64,000 nucleotides of DNA from assembly GCA_963765765.1 (NCBI GenBank), contig CAVXYC010000020.1:829363-893362 (forward strand). The letters run 5' to 3'. Below are positions 40,741 through 52,258 of this stretch, piece by piece; position 1 is the first letter of the stretch; each line of letters begins with the position of its first letter. The translations under genes and the position numbers were made by a program. The notes beneath the pieces were generated by a model, which was given only the letters and a program-made list of their open reading frames with translations, was not told the origin of the DNA and searched no databases. This stretch comes from an uncultured Chloroflexia bacterium (GTDB lineage Bacteria > Chloroflexota > UBA6077 > JACCZL01).

Positions 40741-40772
40741 CGAGGGATCAGGTAAAGCGTTTTCTGATCTGG

Positions 40773-41168
40773 TTAGGAGGCGCCGGCCTCACCCTCGAGC
40801 TGCGCCTTGGGAAAGCGTTGGGGATCCGGTTGCACGGTAGGCTCCGGTGTGGCGCCGGTGTCCGGCCAGCCCTCAGTCTCCTTGGTCATGAGTGGACGAA
40901 CGCGCATGTCATGATCCGCGACGAGCTGACATGACAGTCTCGCCTGCCCATAGATACCTCGAGTGCGAAGGATGTCGAACTCAGCTTTGGTCATCGTGTC
41001 CGGCTCGCCATCGAGGATTTCCACTCGGCACGTCGTGCAGCGGGCATTTCCGCCGCACCGATGGCCGATGTTCACCCCCTGGGCTTCGATCGCCAGCACA
41101 AGACGCTGATCATCCGGCACATTTGCCGTTCGTTCGTTCTGGCCTTCCACGATAGTGATGGTCGCCAT
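40773..41168 (-). CDS. 2Fe-2S ferredoxin-domain protein
   Basis: HRCGGNARCTTCRV and RLSCQ; AGGAGG RBS before MATITIV. Confidence 0.85.
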   Translation of the reverse strand: MATITIVEGQNERTANVPDDQRLVLAIEAQGVNIGHRCGGNARCTTCRVEILDGEPDTMTKAEFDILRTRGIYGQARLSCQLVADHDMRVRPLMTKETEGWPDTGATPEPTVQPDPQRFPKAQLEGEAGAS

Positions 41169-41412
41169 GACGACCTCCTGGAGCGGAGCCAGTCTCCAGC
41201 CGGACTCGTCGACTTGAGCTGGATACCCGCCATCCGTCGAGCGATCGCCTGGAGCAAGAACCGGGCCCGCTGCCTTCGACCAGTGAAGAGCTGCGATCTG
41301 ACCGACCCTGGAACGATCGAGCAGTATCCTACCGCCCTCGCCCGACGACACGTTGGTCGGGAGGCAGAACCACCACATGCTCGAGTGGGTCTCTCATTTT
41401 TCTGTGGAAGCA

Positions 41413-42763
41413 TCAGGAGCTAGATCCGTGCACCGGATTGTTCCGGGGAAAGCTGACTTGCCAGAGACCGATCGCAAACACTGTGAAGGCAGCCGTACTC
41501 AATGTCGCACCCGCCGCCAAGAGCATCGCCCAGCCACCTTCATATCCACCTAGCAGCTCGCCACCAGAGCGCATTGCGGCGCCAACAAACAGGGTCCACA
41601 GTAAGCCAGCCAGCAAAGCTGGCTGGCGCATCATGACTGCCGAATACCCGGGCAGGATGCGGGCAGCCATCAACACGATGATCGGCAACAGGAACCCTTG
41701 CGCCAGCGCATGGCGGGCTGCTGAAAGCATCAGTGTCGTAGAGACACCACCGCTCACGTTCAACAATGAGAGCGCCACGTTGACTGCCGCGGCAACGATC
41801 AAAAAGCCGAATGCCACACGTGCCCAGGTGCGTGTCGGATCCGTCACGTGCGGGGCCGTGCTGGTCCGCTCGGGTCGCTCGTAGAGCCGGAGCGCGTACA
41901 GGTAACCGACGGCTCCCGCAAGCTGCGCGGTCGCCGTTATCACGCGCAACACCGGCTGCTGATCGGTTAACAGCCAGGCCAACGGCGTGCCCAAGCTGCC
42001 TACCGCCCAGAAGACCAGCGCGGGAACCAGAGCCCGCTCACGCGCCGGCCTTAATAGCAAGAATCTCGGATAGATGTTGCCGGCAACGGCAAATACCATC
42101 GTAGTCGCGAATCCCCATAGCTCCAGGTGCAGAAGCGCTTCGTCCAGAGTACAGGGGAACGATGAAGCCGCCATTGATCGCGAGACGAATGGATACAACT
42201 GCATTCAGGACCAACGCCAGGAGGAGGCTGCTGCCCATGGTCGCTGGAAGAATCGCCCGACGTCCGCGAGGCCCGGGCTGCACGCTATGACGAATGACCC
42301 TACTGAAGGCATAGACGACCAGGAGCGCCCCGATCAGTGTTAGCAGAGCTCCCAGGATGAGTCCGGTGTTGCGCGGCAACGATGGCGAGAACGGCTGGCT
42401 CAATGCACGCAAAACAACGCCCGCGCCGAGCATCAAACCCCCGAGCGAGACCAGACGAGGACGATCCAGTGATGACGAGTGAAAACGCGGGATGATCTGG
42501 ACGCCCACCGCCATGATGAACATCATGACAAAGCCCAGCGCCTGTACCTGACCATGCACCTGGATGAGCGCCGGCGTGCTCGCCGGGAGGGGAAGCTTGA
42601 AGGCAATGCTGAGGAGTAAGTAAAGCCCCAGCCCAAACCCTCCTGAGAGAGCCAGCGCCAGGCTCAAGCTCATGAGCAGGCTATAAGGCGTATCGAGCAC
42701 TGCTGATAACGGTCCACCGGGTTTCTTGCCGATGGCGTCGTTGTGGTCTTGAGGATCACGCAT
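41413..42763 (-). CDS. NnrS-like heme-copper membrane protein (frameshift near 42160)
   Basis: Multi-TM with repeated His-x4-GF motifs: HGQVQALGF, HLELWGF, HALAQGF..RILP. Confidence 0.65.
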
Positions 42764-43499
42764 CACAGAATTCGTTGACCTTTCGCCAGTCAGCCTAGCA
42801 TGGGTGCAGCATGCCACACCATTCCGCCGAAATCCGGGTGAGTGGATCGAGACAATTCACTTCAGCAGTGCTCTCCCAAAGCGGCTCCTGCGATGGACCA
42901 CGACTATCGTCGAGAGATAGTGGCGAGTCGAGCCAGTGCAATAGCAGAAAGCATAGGAGCCAGCCGAAGCGCGTAACGCAGGCTCCAAATATCCCCGCGA
43001 AGTAAGCATATCCCGGTGAAATTCATCCGAACGCTTCACCACGCTCCATTGTTGCGCACACATGCGCTGACTCCGAACATAACGCTGGCGAGAGTCCATC
43101 GCCATGGGCCATCCATACAGCTTCAATCTCCCAAGCCAATGTCGAAGCCGCGGAGTAGTAGGACGAACATTTCGGAAATTGGCGCAGCGGATACTTTGCC
43201 GTTTATCCGCGTGGAGAGGTTCTCATGAACGATGCCAGAGCGGGGCTCGGTGGAACAGGCGTCTCTGCCCAATACGGTTTAGATAATGATGCCAAATATC
43301 GTCTTCTCTGGTGGGACAAAAGTTGATCGCTTAATCCTGAGCTAAGCTGTATTGGGCGCCCCGGCGAGTGACCGCGATCCAGTACCTCTTCAACACCACA
43401 GTTTGCGCGTAGAGTGTATCCGCTTCTTAATTGACTGGCGAATATCCATGGACCTTGGGTGAACGGACAGCTAATGAGTGAGCATCGACACCGATGCGG

Positions 43500-43655
43500 C
43501 CGCCGCTGGAACGATCGAAGGGAAGTCTCGTCCGGAACCGGGTCCGGCTCATGGCCGTGCGGAGGATTGTCGACCTGCACGACGGAACGGTCAGCGTCCA
43601 GAGCACCGAAGATCGGGGAACAAAGGTCATGCTGGCCACATCCCTCTGGGGACGT
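43500..43655 (+). pseudogene. Remnant of a sensor histidine kinase ATPase C-terminus
   Basis: GTG-x-G followed by AVRRIVDLHDGTVSVQSTEDRGTKV (HATPase_c G2 region), no N-terminal part. Confidence 0.55.
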
Positions 43656-43743
43656 GGCCAGCATGACTTCCGGGTGAACTCCATGATGGCTTCGAAGAGA
43701 TGCGTCAGACGGGCGGTCCGCACTCGGAGAGGTGGAGGCCTCC

Positions 43744-44145
43744 ATGCAGGTAAGTGTCAAACGCGCATACGATCCAATTGAGCCGATGGATGGCCAACGA
43801 GTGCTCGTGGATCGCCTATGGCCGCGTAGACTGAAGAAAGACGCCCTGAAGCTCCATGAGTGGCTCAAGGATGCCGGCCCGAGCGACGAGCTTCGACGCT
43901 GGTTCGATCATGACTCCGTGCGCTGGCCGGAGTTCCGCCAGCGTTACTTCAGCGAGCTGGATGCGAAGCCAGACGTGACCCAGCGGCTTACGGAGATGGC
44001 CAATGATGGTCCCGTGTCGCTGTTGTACAGCGCCCGAGATCGAGAACATAACCAGGCGGTGGCCTTGAAAGACTATCTCGAGAAGCGCCTTCGCAATGGA
44101 AGTGTGTCACCAGCAAGCGGGAGGTTGGACAACCACGATGATTAA
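43744..44145 (+). CDS. DUF488 (YeaO-like) protein
   Basis: VKRAYD, RVLVDRLWPR, WLKDAGPSDELRRWF, LLYSARDREHNQAVAL. Confidence 0.85.
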   Translation: MQVSVKRAYDPIEPMDGQRVLVDRLWPRRLKKDALKLHEWLKDAGPSDELRRWFDHDSVRWPEFRQRYFSELDAKPDVTQRLTEMANDGPVSLLYSARDREHNQAVALKDYLEKRLRNGSVSPASGRLDNHDD

Positions 44146-44350
44146 CGATCCCACGACCACTCAGCTTGAGAGCGAGCCCCATCCGGCCCCGCCTTCGCTG
44201 ACCCACGGCCAGGAGAACCGAGCGCCGAGCGCGAGCGATACTCATACTGACTCCGCAACGGATGCCGCGCCACCGGATGAAGTTTGAGATGCGGTCCTTC
44301 AGGCGTCCTGGGAGCCATTCCCAGCCAGTAATGAGCTAGGCTGGAAATGA
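44138..44350 (+). pseudogene. Small protein with degenerate 'ASxESFPASD' motif, interrupted by an in-frame TGA at 44285
   Basis: ...PPDEV*DAVLQASWEPFPASNELGWK*. Confidence 0.4.
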
Positions 44351-44438
44351 TGGCGAGTGCTAATCGCCTGGACTGTCACTGGAGCAACGCTTAGTCCAAA
44401 CGGCGTCTACTGCACACGAGGGAGGATGGATCTGGGTC

Positions 44439-44843
44439 ATGGTTGATCTGACCGTTATCAATAATGAGGACAAGCAGCAATATGAGGCGTTGATCGATGG
44501 CTCACTTGCTGTGGCGCAGTACAAGCGACGCGGTAACGCGCTCGTGTTCCACCACACCGAGGTGCCACGATCGCTCCAGGGTCGCGGCGTGGCCAGTGCG
44601 CTGGTCCGCTCCGCGCTCGAGGACGCTCGCACACGCGGTCTAACCGTCGTGCCTACCTGCTCCTTTGTCAGCGCTTATATCAGTAAGCATCCTGAGTACT
44701 TGCCCCTTGTTGAAGCAGATATCAGGCGCAGACCGGGTAGGAAGGAAGCTATAGTCCAGACCGCGTTCGGGTCGAATGAAGCGTGGCTGCTGGGAATCGT
44801 CAACCAGCTTGTCTCGAAGCCGCCGTACAGAGACGCGGGGTAA
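44439..44843 (+). CDS. GNAT acetyltransferase (YjdJ-like)
   Basis: HTEVPRSLQGRGVASAL, VVPTCSFVSAYI..HPEY. Confidence 0.85.
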   Translation: MVDLTVINNEDKQQYEALIDGSLAVAQYKRRGNALVFHHTEVPRSLQGRGVASALVRSALEDARTRGLTVVPTCSFVSAYISKHPEYLPLVEADIRRRPGRKEAIVQTAFGSNEAWLLGIVNQLVSKPPYRDAG

Positions 44844-45022
44844 TCCACATCGTCCACATACTCCCGGCCCAAATCAGCCGGATGCGGTCCAGTACTTGAA
44901 ACCCATCCAGCTAGAGCAGGGGCGGCGGGCTGGCATGGAGCGTGCTCCGCACACTCGGCACTATTACTTCATACCAAGCTGCGAGCCGACGGACGTAGCC
45001 GGCACACCGCGTGGGAGAAATC

Positions 45023-45445
45023 ATGACGAATCAAGGCTCTGCGCGTGGTCAATCCGATGGGGCAACGACAGGGAGTGAGAAGCGCGAGGCACGCACGCTC
45101 ACAGGGCCCGCACGCGATTTCAATCTTGCCGATGAAATCGCCTCTTTGAGGAGTGAGCCGAGCTGGCAGCAAAGCGACCGCAATAGCCGCACACTTGTCC
45201 ACGAATCGCAATTGCGAATCATCGTCACCGTCATGAAGGCGGGTGCGCGCTTACATGAGCACAGGACCGACGGTGCCGTCAGCATCCAGACAATTCAGGG
45301 ACATCTGCGTCTTGGTATCGGTCAAGACGCTGTGGACCTACCCCAGGGACAACTGGTGGCGATTGAGCCCGGCGTGACACATGAGCTGGACGCAATTGAT
45401 GAGAGCGCCTTCATCCTGACTGTCGCGTGGCCAACCGGAGCGTAA
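45023..45445 (+). CDS. Cupin domain protein
   Basis: SRTLV, LHEHRTDGAVSIQ..G, HELDAIDESAFILTV. Confidence 0.8.
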   Translation: MTNQGSARGQSDGATTGSEKREARTLTGPARDFNLADEIASLRSEPSWQQSDRNSRTLVHESQLRIIVTVMKAGARLHEHRTDGAVSIQTIQGHLRLGIGQDAVDLPQGQLVAIEPGVTHELDAIDESAFILTVAWPTGA

Positions 45446-45561
45446 AGGCACGGTTGCTCCCGCGGGTTCGGCGCGAACGATGGAGCCCTGCGGCACGTTC
45501 GTATGAACCGATCTCATCGACTGTATATACGCAATGGCGCTGTGACGGCGCGTTGATTGGG

Positions 45562-46381
45562 CTAGTAATAGACCGATCGGCCGGCGCCGCCGGAGGCGAC
45601 CACAAGCTCGCCGCTGACGGCCCACGCCTTGTCTGATGCCAGGAAGGTGGCGAGGTAGGCGACCTCGGAGGCATCCACAATCCGGCCGATGGCATTACCG
45701 CGCGGGGAGTCCGGGGCGTAGTCGCGGGCCTCAACCTCCTCGGGGCTAATACCCAGCTCTTCCGCCCGGGCGGCGAGCTGGCGAGCGGTCCGCTCCGTAC
45801 GCGTTGCTCCGGGATGGATACAGTTGACCGTGATCCCGAATTGCCCGAGCTGGACAGCCAGAGTCTTACTGAGGTGCACAAGCGAAGTATTGCGCGCGCC
45901 GCCGCTCAGATTGCCGGCGTTGCGCGCGTTGGATCCGCTTATGTTGATGATGCGGCCCCAGCGCTGCTCCTTCATGAAGGGGATTGCGGCGCGAGCGCAG
46001 CGGAGCGCGCCAACGTATTTGATATTGAAATCCTGGAGCAGGTCCTCGTCCACCACCGTCTCGATAGGTCCGGTGGCGCCTGGCCGAGCCGCCCGGCGCG
46101 GAGCCACTATTTACCAGAATGTGGAGTCCGCCAAGCTGGGCGGCCGCCTGCGCCACCATCTCGTCCACCTGCGCCTTGCTGGTCACATCGGCTACCAGCG
46201 GAATGATGCGTCGGCCAGTCTCCGATGCCAGCTCGTTCGCCGTCGCCTCGAGTGTTTCCTTCGTGCGAGCGACGATGGCCACGTCAGCGCCTTCGCGAGC
46301 CAGCTCCCGAGAGATGGCCTTGCCGATGCCGCGGCTGCCCCCCGTCACGATGGCGCGCTTGTCCCGAAGCCCCAGATCCAT
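45562..46381 (-). CDS. SDR-family oxidoreductase (frameshift near 46085)
   Basis: MDLGL..AIVTGGSRGIG, ILVNS, GRIINI, VNCIHPG, EVAYLATFLAS. Confidence 0.85.
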
Positions 46382-46588
46382 GATGTGATCTCCCGTCCAT
46401 GTTTGAATACGCGGCACCGTCAGCGGCGGGCGCTACTCTACTCAAACCCTTAATGGCGAAGCGCCTCAATCGTCAGCCAGTAGAAGCCGCCACGCGTCGC
46501 TACGATCATCCAGCGGTCCCACGTAAGGCCGCAATGATAGCCGCAATTTCGGCAACGGGCCATCGAACGACCAGGTGCTAAACCAGTA

Positions 46589-47290
46589 TCAGGCACGCCC
46601 GGCGGAGAGTTGACCGCGGTGGCCCAGGGCAACGTTTACGAGAACCGACAGCAGGAGCAGGATCACGCCAAGCGCAATGGCGCGGGAGAATTCACCGCGG
46701 CTCGTTTCCAGGGTGATAGCCGTCGTCAGAATGCGCGTCTGACCGAGAATGGCGCCGCCCACCATCAGCGAGGCGCCTACTTCTCCGATCGCTCGTCCGA
46801 AAGCCGCGATGACCGCGATCATGATTTGAGGACGCGCTGCCTGAACCAGCTCGAAACCCACATGATGGTGCTGCGCGCCGCAGACTCGTAGTGATTCGGC
46901 GAGCTCACCGTTCAGCGAAGCGATCGCAGATCGCGTTAGTCCAACAACGATCGGACCTGCGACGATCAGCTGAGCCAGGATCATCGCCTGGGGCGTGTAA
47001 AGGAGCTGAAGGAAGCCGAGAGGCCCACTACGCCAGAGCAGTATCGAAATAAACAAGCCCACCAGGACAGGCGGCAGGCCCATCCCCGTATTCACGAGGA
47101 CATTCAGCACCCACCGACCTGGGAACCGAAAAAGAGCCAGGATCACCCCGAAGGGGATACCGAATAGCGCCGCTAACAGCGTGGCGCTGAGTGATACGCC
47201 CAGTGCCAGCACACTCACCCGCACCACTTCTGGATCCGCCGTGAGCAAAAGACCAACCGCTTCCGCGATCCCATGCCAGATCAGGTCCAC
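46589..47290 (-). CDS. tupB: Tungstate/molybdate ABC transporter permease
   Basis: NTGMGLPPVLVGL, RSGPLG, FGRAIGEVGASLMVGG, TRILTTAITLET. Confidence 0.85.
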   Translation of the reverse strand: MDLIWHGIAEAVGLLLTADPEVVRVSVLALGVSLSATLLAALFGIPFGVILALFRFPGRWVLNVLVNTGMGLPPVLVGLFISILLWRSGPLGFLQLLYTPQAMILAQLIVAGPIVVGLTRSAIASLNGELAESLRVCGAQHHHVGFELVQAARPQIMIAVIAAFGRAIGEVGASLMVGGAILGQTRILTTAITLETSRGEFSRAIALGVILLLLSVLVNVALGHRGQLSAGRA

Positions 47291-47405
47291 GGTTGAAGTC
47301 GCAGCTGCGCATCAACAGTCGCACGGCATTGCATGCTGCCAGTCTGGCGGATCGCCGCTCGCTGTACGATCAAATTGCTTCTTTCGATTTCATGTGGAGG
47401 GCCAC

Positions 47406-48263
47406 GTGCCGTTGTACCGATTCGCGGTCATCGTTGTCAGTCTCATAGTCCTGGGCGTGGTCGGGATTCAACCCGGCCGTGCACAGCCGAGCAATTCGAC
47501 GCTGATCCTGAGTACCACCACGAGCACGCAGGATTCGGGATTGCTCGATGAGCTGGTGCCATTGTTCGAGCGGCAGAGCGGCTATAGCGTGAAGACCGTG
47601 GCCGTGGGCACTGGACAAGCGCTGGCTCTCGGCGCGCGCGGCGAGGCGGACGTGCTGCTGGTGCACGCGCCGGAGACAGAGAAACAATGGATGGCCGAAG
47701 GGAACGGCGCAGATCGGCGACTGGTGATGTACAACGACTTCGTCGTGATCGGGCCTTCGGCCGATCCGGCGCAGATAGTGGCCGCCGCCTCAGCGTCCGA
47801 GGTCATGCAGCGGATCGCGGCCGCTGGAGCAACGTTCATCGGCCGCGGTGACAACTCGGGCACGCACATCCTGGAGCTACAGCTCTGGCGAGCGGCCGGT
47901 CTCGATCCACGCGACCAACCGTGGTACCTGGAATCCGGGCAAGGGATGGGTCAGACTCTCACGCTGGCGAATGACAAGCTGGCTTACACCTTGACGGATC
48001 GGGGGACGTTTCTTGCTCGGCAAGCCACGCTCGATCTAGCGGTCCTCGCCGAGGGATATCCGACCTTCCTCAACGTCTACCACGTCATTGCCGTTGCCTC
48101 GGGCAAGTCTCCAATGATCAACACTGAAGGAGCGCGCGCGTTTGCCGACTTTGTGGTGGCGCCCGAGACTCAGCAGCTCGTCGGACAATTCGGCGTTGCG
48201 CGTTTCGGCCAACCGCTCTTCTTCCCCGCGGCACACCTTACCGATGAGCAGCTGGGCGTCTGA
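47406..48263 (+). CDS. tupA: Tungstate ABC transporter substrate-binding protein
   Basis: TTTSTQDSGLL, VGTGQAL, LVHAP, MYNDF, RGDNSGTH, YTLTDRGT; GGAGG RBS then GTG at 47406. Confidence 0.88.
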   Translation: MPLYRFAVIVVSLIVLGVVGIQPGRAQPSNSTLILSTTTSTQDSGLLDELVPLFERQSGYSVKTVAVGTGQALALGARGEADVLLVHAPETEKQWMAEGNGADRRLVMYNDFVVIGPSADPAQIVAAASASEVMQRIAAAGATFIGRGDNSGTHILELQLWRAAGLDPRDQPWYLESGQGMGQTLTLANDKLAYTLTDRGTFLARQATLDLAVLAEGYPTFLNVYHVIAVASGKSPMINTEGARAFADFVVAPETQQLVGQFGVARFGQPLFFPAAHLTDEQLGV

Positions 48264-48467
48264 GGACGGCGCGGTCAGACTGGTCGCAAGCGTTGACAAT
48301 GAATATGAAATCGCACACAGCCGGTCTATCGATGGGCGAATCCGAGCCCTCTATGCGGGCCGGACAAAGGAAGATCTGAATCATGGTCGCCATCCGCAGA
48401 AGCCGAAGTGCAGGAGCCGACGGGGGTGCCTGGACGCGCGCCCGCACTTCGACAGCGACGACATGAG

Positions 48468-49036
48468 CTATTTGGATCTGTAGAAGTAGTAATCCGATGT
48501 GTAGGGCACTTCGACGCTCGCGCCAAGCTTGGACGCATTGCAGCCCGTTGCAGGGGCCAGCCCACCAGTCGTGTTCACCCGTTGAATGTACGTCGTGGCC
48601 GCCAGCCGGTCTCCGCCGTCCGGCCCCAATGTTTTGGATTTAGCGTTCAGCAGCAGCCATGGAATCGCGCTCGGCGAGACCGTGACGCCATCAACCCGTG
48701 CGCCCACGACCGTGCTGCCATCGCTGTACCGCCAGGTGGGGCCGGCGTAATGCGTCATGATCGTCTTGCCGTTGTCGTCGATGAGCGTCGCCGCTGGCGC
48801 GACTAAGGTCCAGGCAAAGCCCGTCGACGCGGCCTGACAAGTGTAGTTCTGTGTTCCCGTGGCGTGGCCGAGGAGAAACGGTACGTGCCCCTCAGGCGCT
48901 TGGATAGCGGTCGGCACAGTGGGCGGGGGTGGATTATCGGCGTGAGCGAGACCCGGGTATCAGCGCCAGAACGGCGGAGACTGCGACAATGGTCAAGAGT
49001 TCGGGCCAGGCCCACAGTAGGCAACATGGGGATCAT
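48468..49036 (-). CDS. Secreted DUF3455-like protein (signal-peptide region frameshifted)
   Basis: GTQNYTC, HYAGPTW..DGS, AIPWLLL, YIQRVNTTGG.AP, VPYTSDYYFY. Confidence 0.75.
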
Positions 49037-49289
49037 GAGAATCTCCTATCTCCAGCTTCCATTACTGAGTTGTGCGAGAGTGCAAGAGTGAGCTTTCGCG
49101 AGCGTATTCCCTGGACTCGCCTCCTTCACCAGGTCGGCAGGATGGTTTCATCCCGCCGTCACGCGTCACATTACTGGTCCTCCGTCCCTTGCTCGTCCTC
49201 TGGCGCGTCCCCCCGCGCGTCTCTTGGCGGTCTTTCGGAAAACCAAGCCAAATCGCGGCAAGATGGTGCGTTAAGGCGTATTGCCCCAC

Positions 49290-49410
49290 CGAGACATGGC
49301 TGCCCCCGATCAATCCGTCAAATTCGGGGTACTACATGCTGTTCGTGGTGAACGGCGCGGACGTCCTGCACGCGCGCATCGCGCAACTGGTCGCTGTGCA
49401 GCCCTTGTAG
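49290..49410 (+). pseudogene. Remnant resembling a galactose-oxidase-type C-terminal early-set domain
   Basis: PP..SGYYMLFVVNG matches the PPGYYMLFVV signature; no intact upstream gene. Confidence 0.4.
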
Positions 49411-50025
49411 GCCTTATGCGCGCTCGCGGCCGAGACCGCGTCATGGTGTCGGCTCGATGCTCACGCCAGTCAAAACGGTCAGCTTCTGCTGACTTTCAGT
49501 CCGGAGTTACGAGCCGACCACCAAACTACGCCCTACAGGGATATGTCACCCGAATTGCGCAGAGCCATAGTGTGCTGGCAGGGGAGAACGCCTGGTCGTC
49601 CGGAAAATGATGTGCTCAGCGTAAGTCTGCAACGATTGTGCAGGGCCAGTTTCGATGCGCCAGATTGCGCTGTACGCCTCGCGGTCGGGCGTTCAGGGCA
49701 CTCTGGCGCCATCCGGGGTCGCTCAGTGACCTCGTCGCGGTTGGGACGAAGGAGAGCGCATTGAGTCGGATTCGTCTGTTATTCGATGAAGACGCAGTAG
49801 TCTTCCGGGGTGGTATCGTAGTCCAGACCCCGGCCCTCGGGGGTGCCGAAGGTCAGGAACGTACCGAGTGTGGAAACGAGAAAGCGGACACTCTATTCCT
49901 GAGCGTCCAACCCGTGGCGCCACCATAATCGTGGTCGCGGACTGCAGCTTTAATTTACCTACGAGCTTGATCGTCTTGCCGGCGATGTCGCTCATGCTTA
50001 AGTGTGTCGGTTGACGGAGAGAGTC

Positions 50026-52258
50026 ATGATTGACCCGAGTGAACGGGTTGTGCGTCTGAAGGCGATGCTCGCGCAGACGGCGCCGAGCGGCACGATCGAA
50101 TCGGTGATGGAACAGCGATCGCTTACAGCCGGCCCGTCATTCGAGGGCGCGAGGAGGGGAGCCGCGGCAGAGACCGAGACTCAGATCCGGAGCGGCTTGG
50201 AGAAGCTAGCGCAAGGTCGCGAAGATCTCGTCACGCCGCATGAGCTCAACCGTCTCGAGGCGATCGTTATGCCGGAGAACCGGCCGGTCGTCTTCATCCG
50301 CGAGGCCGGGTACGACCCGCTTGTCGGCATCTGGGAACATCTCAATCACGCGGCGGTGCGGGATCGTGTCACGCCGCTCCTGCGTTCAATCGGGCGCATC
50401 GAGCTCCAACATCCATGCGCATCCCCTTCGGGGGCACGGGCTTCCTCGTCGGCGACAATCTCTTAATGACCAACCGCCACGTGGCACGCCTGTTCACCGA
50501 CGGCGTGGGCATGACGCAGCGCCTCGCCTATCGGGTCGGCGATGCGGCGGTCGACTTTCGCCGGTGGGTGGATAGCTCCCAGGATGATCGCACGGCCTAC
50601 TTCGCGGTGGTGAAGGTCGAGATGATCCATCCCTTCTGGGATATGGCGCTCCTTCGGGTAGACGGACTCTCAGAGGAGTTCAGACCGTTGGCGCTCTCGG
50701 TTCGCGCGCCCGAGGACCTTCTGGACCACGACATCATCGCGGTCGGGTACCCGGCGCGGGACGATCGCAGTGACCTCGATCTCCAGGATCAAATCTTCAG
50801 CGGGCAGTACAACGTGAAGCGGCTCCAGCCAGGCAAGCTGCGCACCCGCGCGCGCATTGAAAGCTTCGAGAACCGGGTCGATGCCGTGACCCACGACAGC
50901 TCGACGCTTGGTGGGAACTCGGGCTCGGCGATCATGGACGTGCAGACCGGCGAAGTTGTCGGGCTGCATTTCGCCGGCGAGTACCTGAGGGCCAACTACG
51001 CGGTGCCCGCCTACGAGCTGGCTCGGGATGGCCGCATCGCGGACCTCGGCCTGAACTTCAACGGCTCGGTTCCGGCGACCAACCACTGGGCTTCGGCCTG
51101 GGCGCGAGTCGGGGCCGCCGAAGCGTCAGAGCCCGTCGGGTCAGCGTCAACGGGGGACGCGTGGACGCAGCAGCCCGCGCCGGCCACTGTCCCCGCCACA
51201 AACCCCACGGCGACCTTCACGGTACCGTTGACGGTCATGGTGTCGATGGGGCAACCGACGCTGACGGGCAGTGCCGGCTCCGTCGTCCCCGGGGACGGTG
51301 CCATGAGCGATCCTACGGCTGGGGTCGAAGCACTCAGGCTGCGGGTGCCCGTTATCTTCGGCGGGCTCGAGCATCGAACGGGCTATGACGGTGACTTCCT
51401 GGACCTGGCAAACAACGACGCGATTCCCTTGCCGGAGCTGACTCCTCTGGGCATGAGCGTGGTAGCAAAGCTGCTCGACGGGACACATGAGCTGAAGTAC
51501 CACAAATTCTCCGTGGTCATGCACCGAGGCCGCCGTCTGGCGCTCTTCACCGCCGCGAACGTCGACTGGCGGGAGAGTCGGCGCACGGATCAACGGCAAG
51601 AAGCCAAGTCGCACCGAGCTGACCGGCCTGGTTGAGGGCGAGATCGAGCAATGGGTGATGGACTGGCGGATCCCCAAGGATCACCAGTTGCCCGACGTGT
51701 TCTTCAACGAAGATCGCGGGGCCTTTGACAAGGGGCATCTCGTTCGTCGTGACGACGTCTGCTGGGGGTCGACCTTCAAGGACATTCAGAAAGGCAACGG
51801 CGACACGTATCACACCACGAACTGCTCGCCGCAGACCGCGGCGTTCAACCAGGCCGCGAAAGGCGAAGACAACTGGGGCGATCTTGAAGACCTGGTCGGG
51901 AAGGAAACGAGGGCCGAAAAGGTCGATCATCTTCTCGGGGCCTGTCCTGGCGGACGACGACCGACACTTTCGAGGCCGTGACGGCCCGAGCACGACCCTG
52001 GTGCAGATACCCAGGCAGTTCTGGAAAATCATCGTCGTCAAGGGAGCGGCCGGTCCCCAGGCGTACGGCTTCGTGCTCGAACAAGACCTGGCGAACGTGC
52101 GCTTGGAGTTTGCGGTGCCGGCTTCCTGGCGCCGACACAGGCGAAAGATCGAAGAGATTGAGGGTTTGCTGAATGGACTGGCGCGGTTACCCTGGTTGAA
52201 GAATTTCGACCGCTTCGACAGCCCCGAGAGCGTCCGCATCACGACTCAACTTCAGTAA
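50026..52258 (+). CDS. Trypsin-like serine protease fused to a DNA/RNA non-specific (NucA/EndoG) endonuclease; frameshifts near 50410, 51590 and 51920
   Basis: GTGFLVG, TNRHVA, WDMALL, HDSSTLGGNSGS (protease); LKYHKFSVVM..RRL, DKGHLVRR, TNCSPQ..FNQ, WGDLE, IPRQFWKI (nuclease). Confidence 0.85.

Noticed and set aside
42820-43430. Short ORFs between the NnrS-like gene and the kinase remnant
   Set aside because: No recognisable motifs, RBS or consistent frame; treated as degenerate or intergenic.
49723-49995. 90-aa minus-strand ORF upstream of the protease-nuclease gene
   Set aside because: May be a frameshifted remnant, but no family could be assigned and coding status is unsupported.
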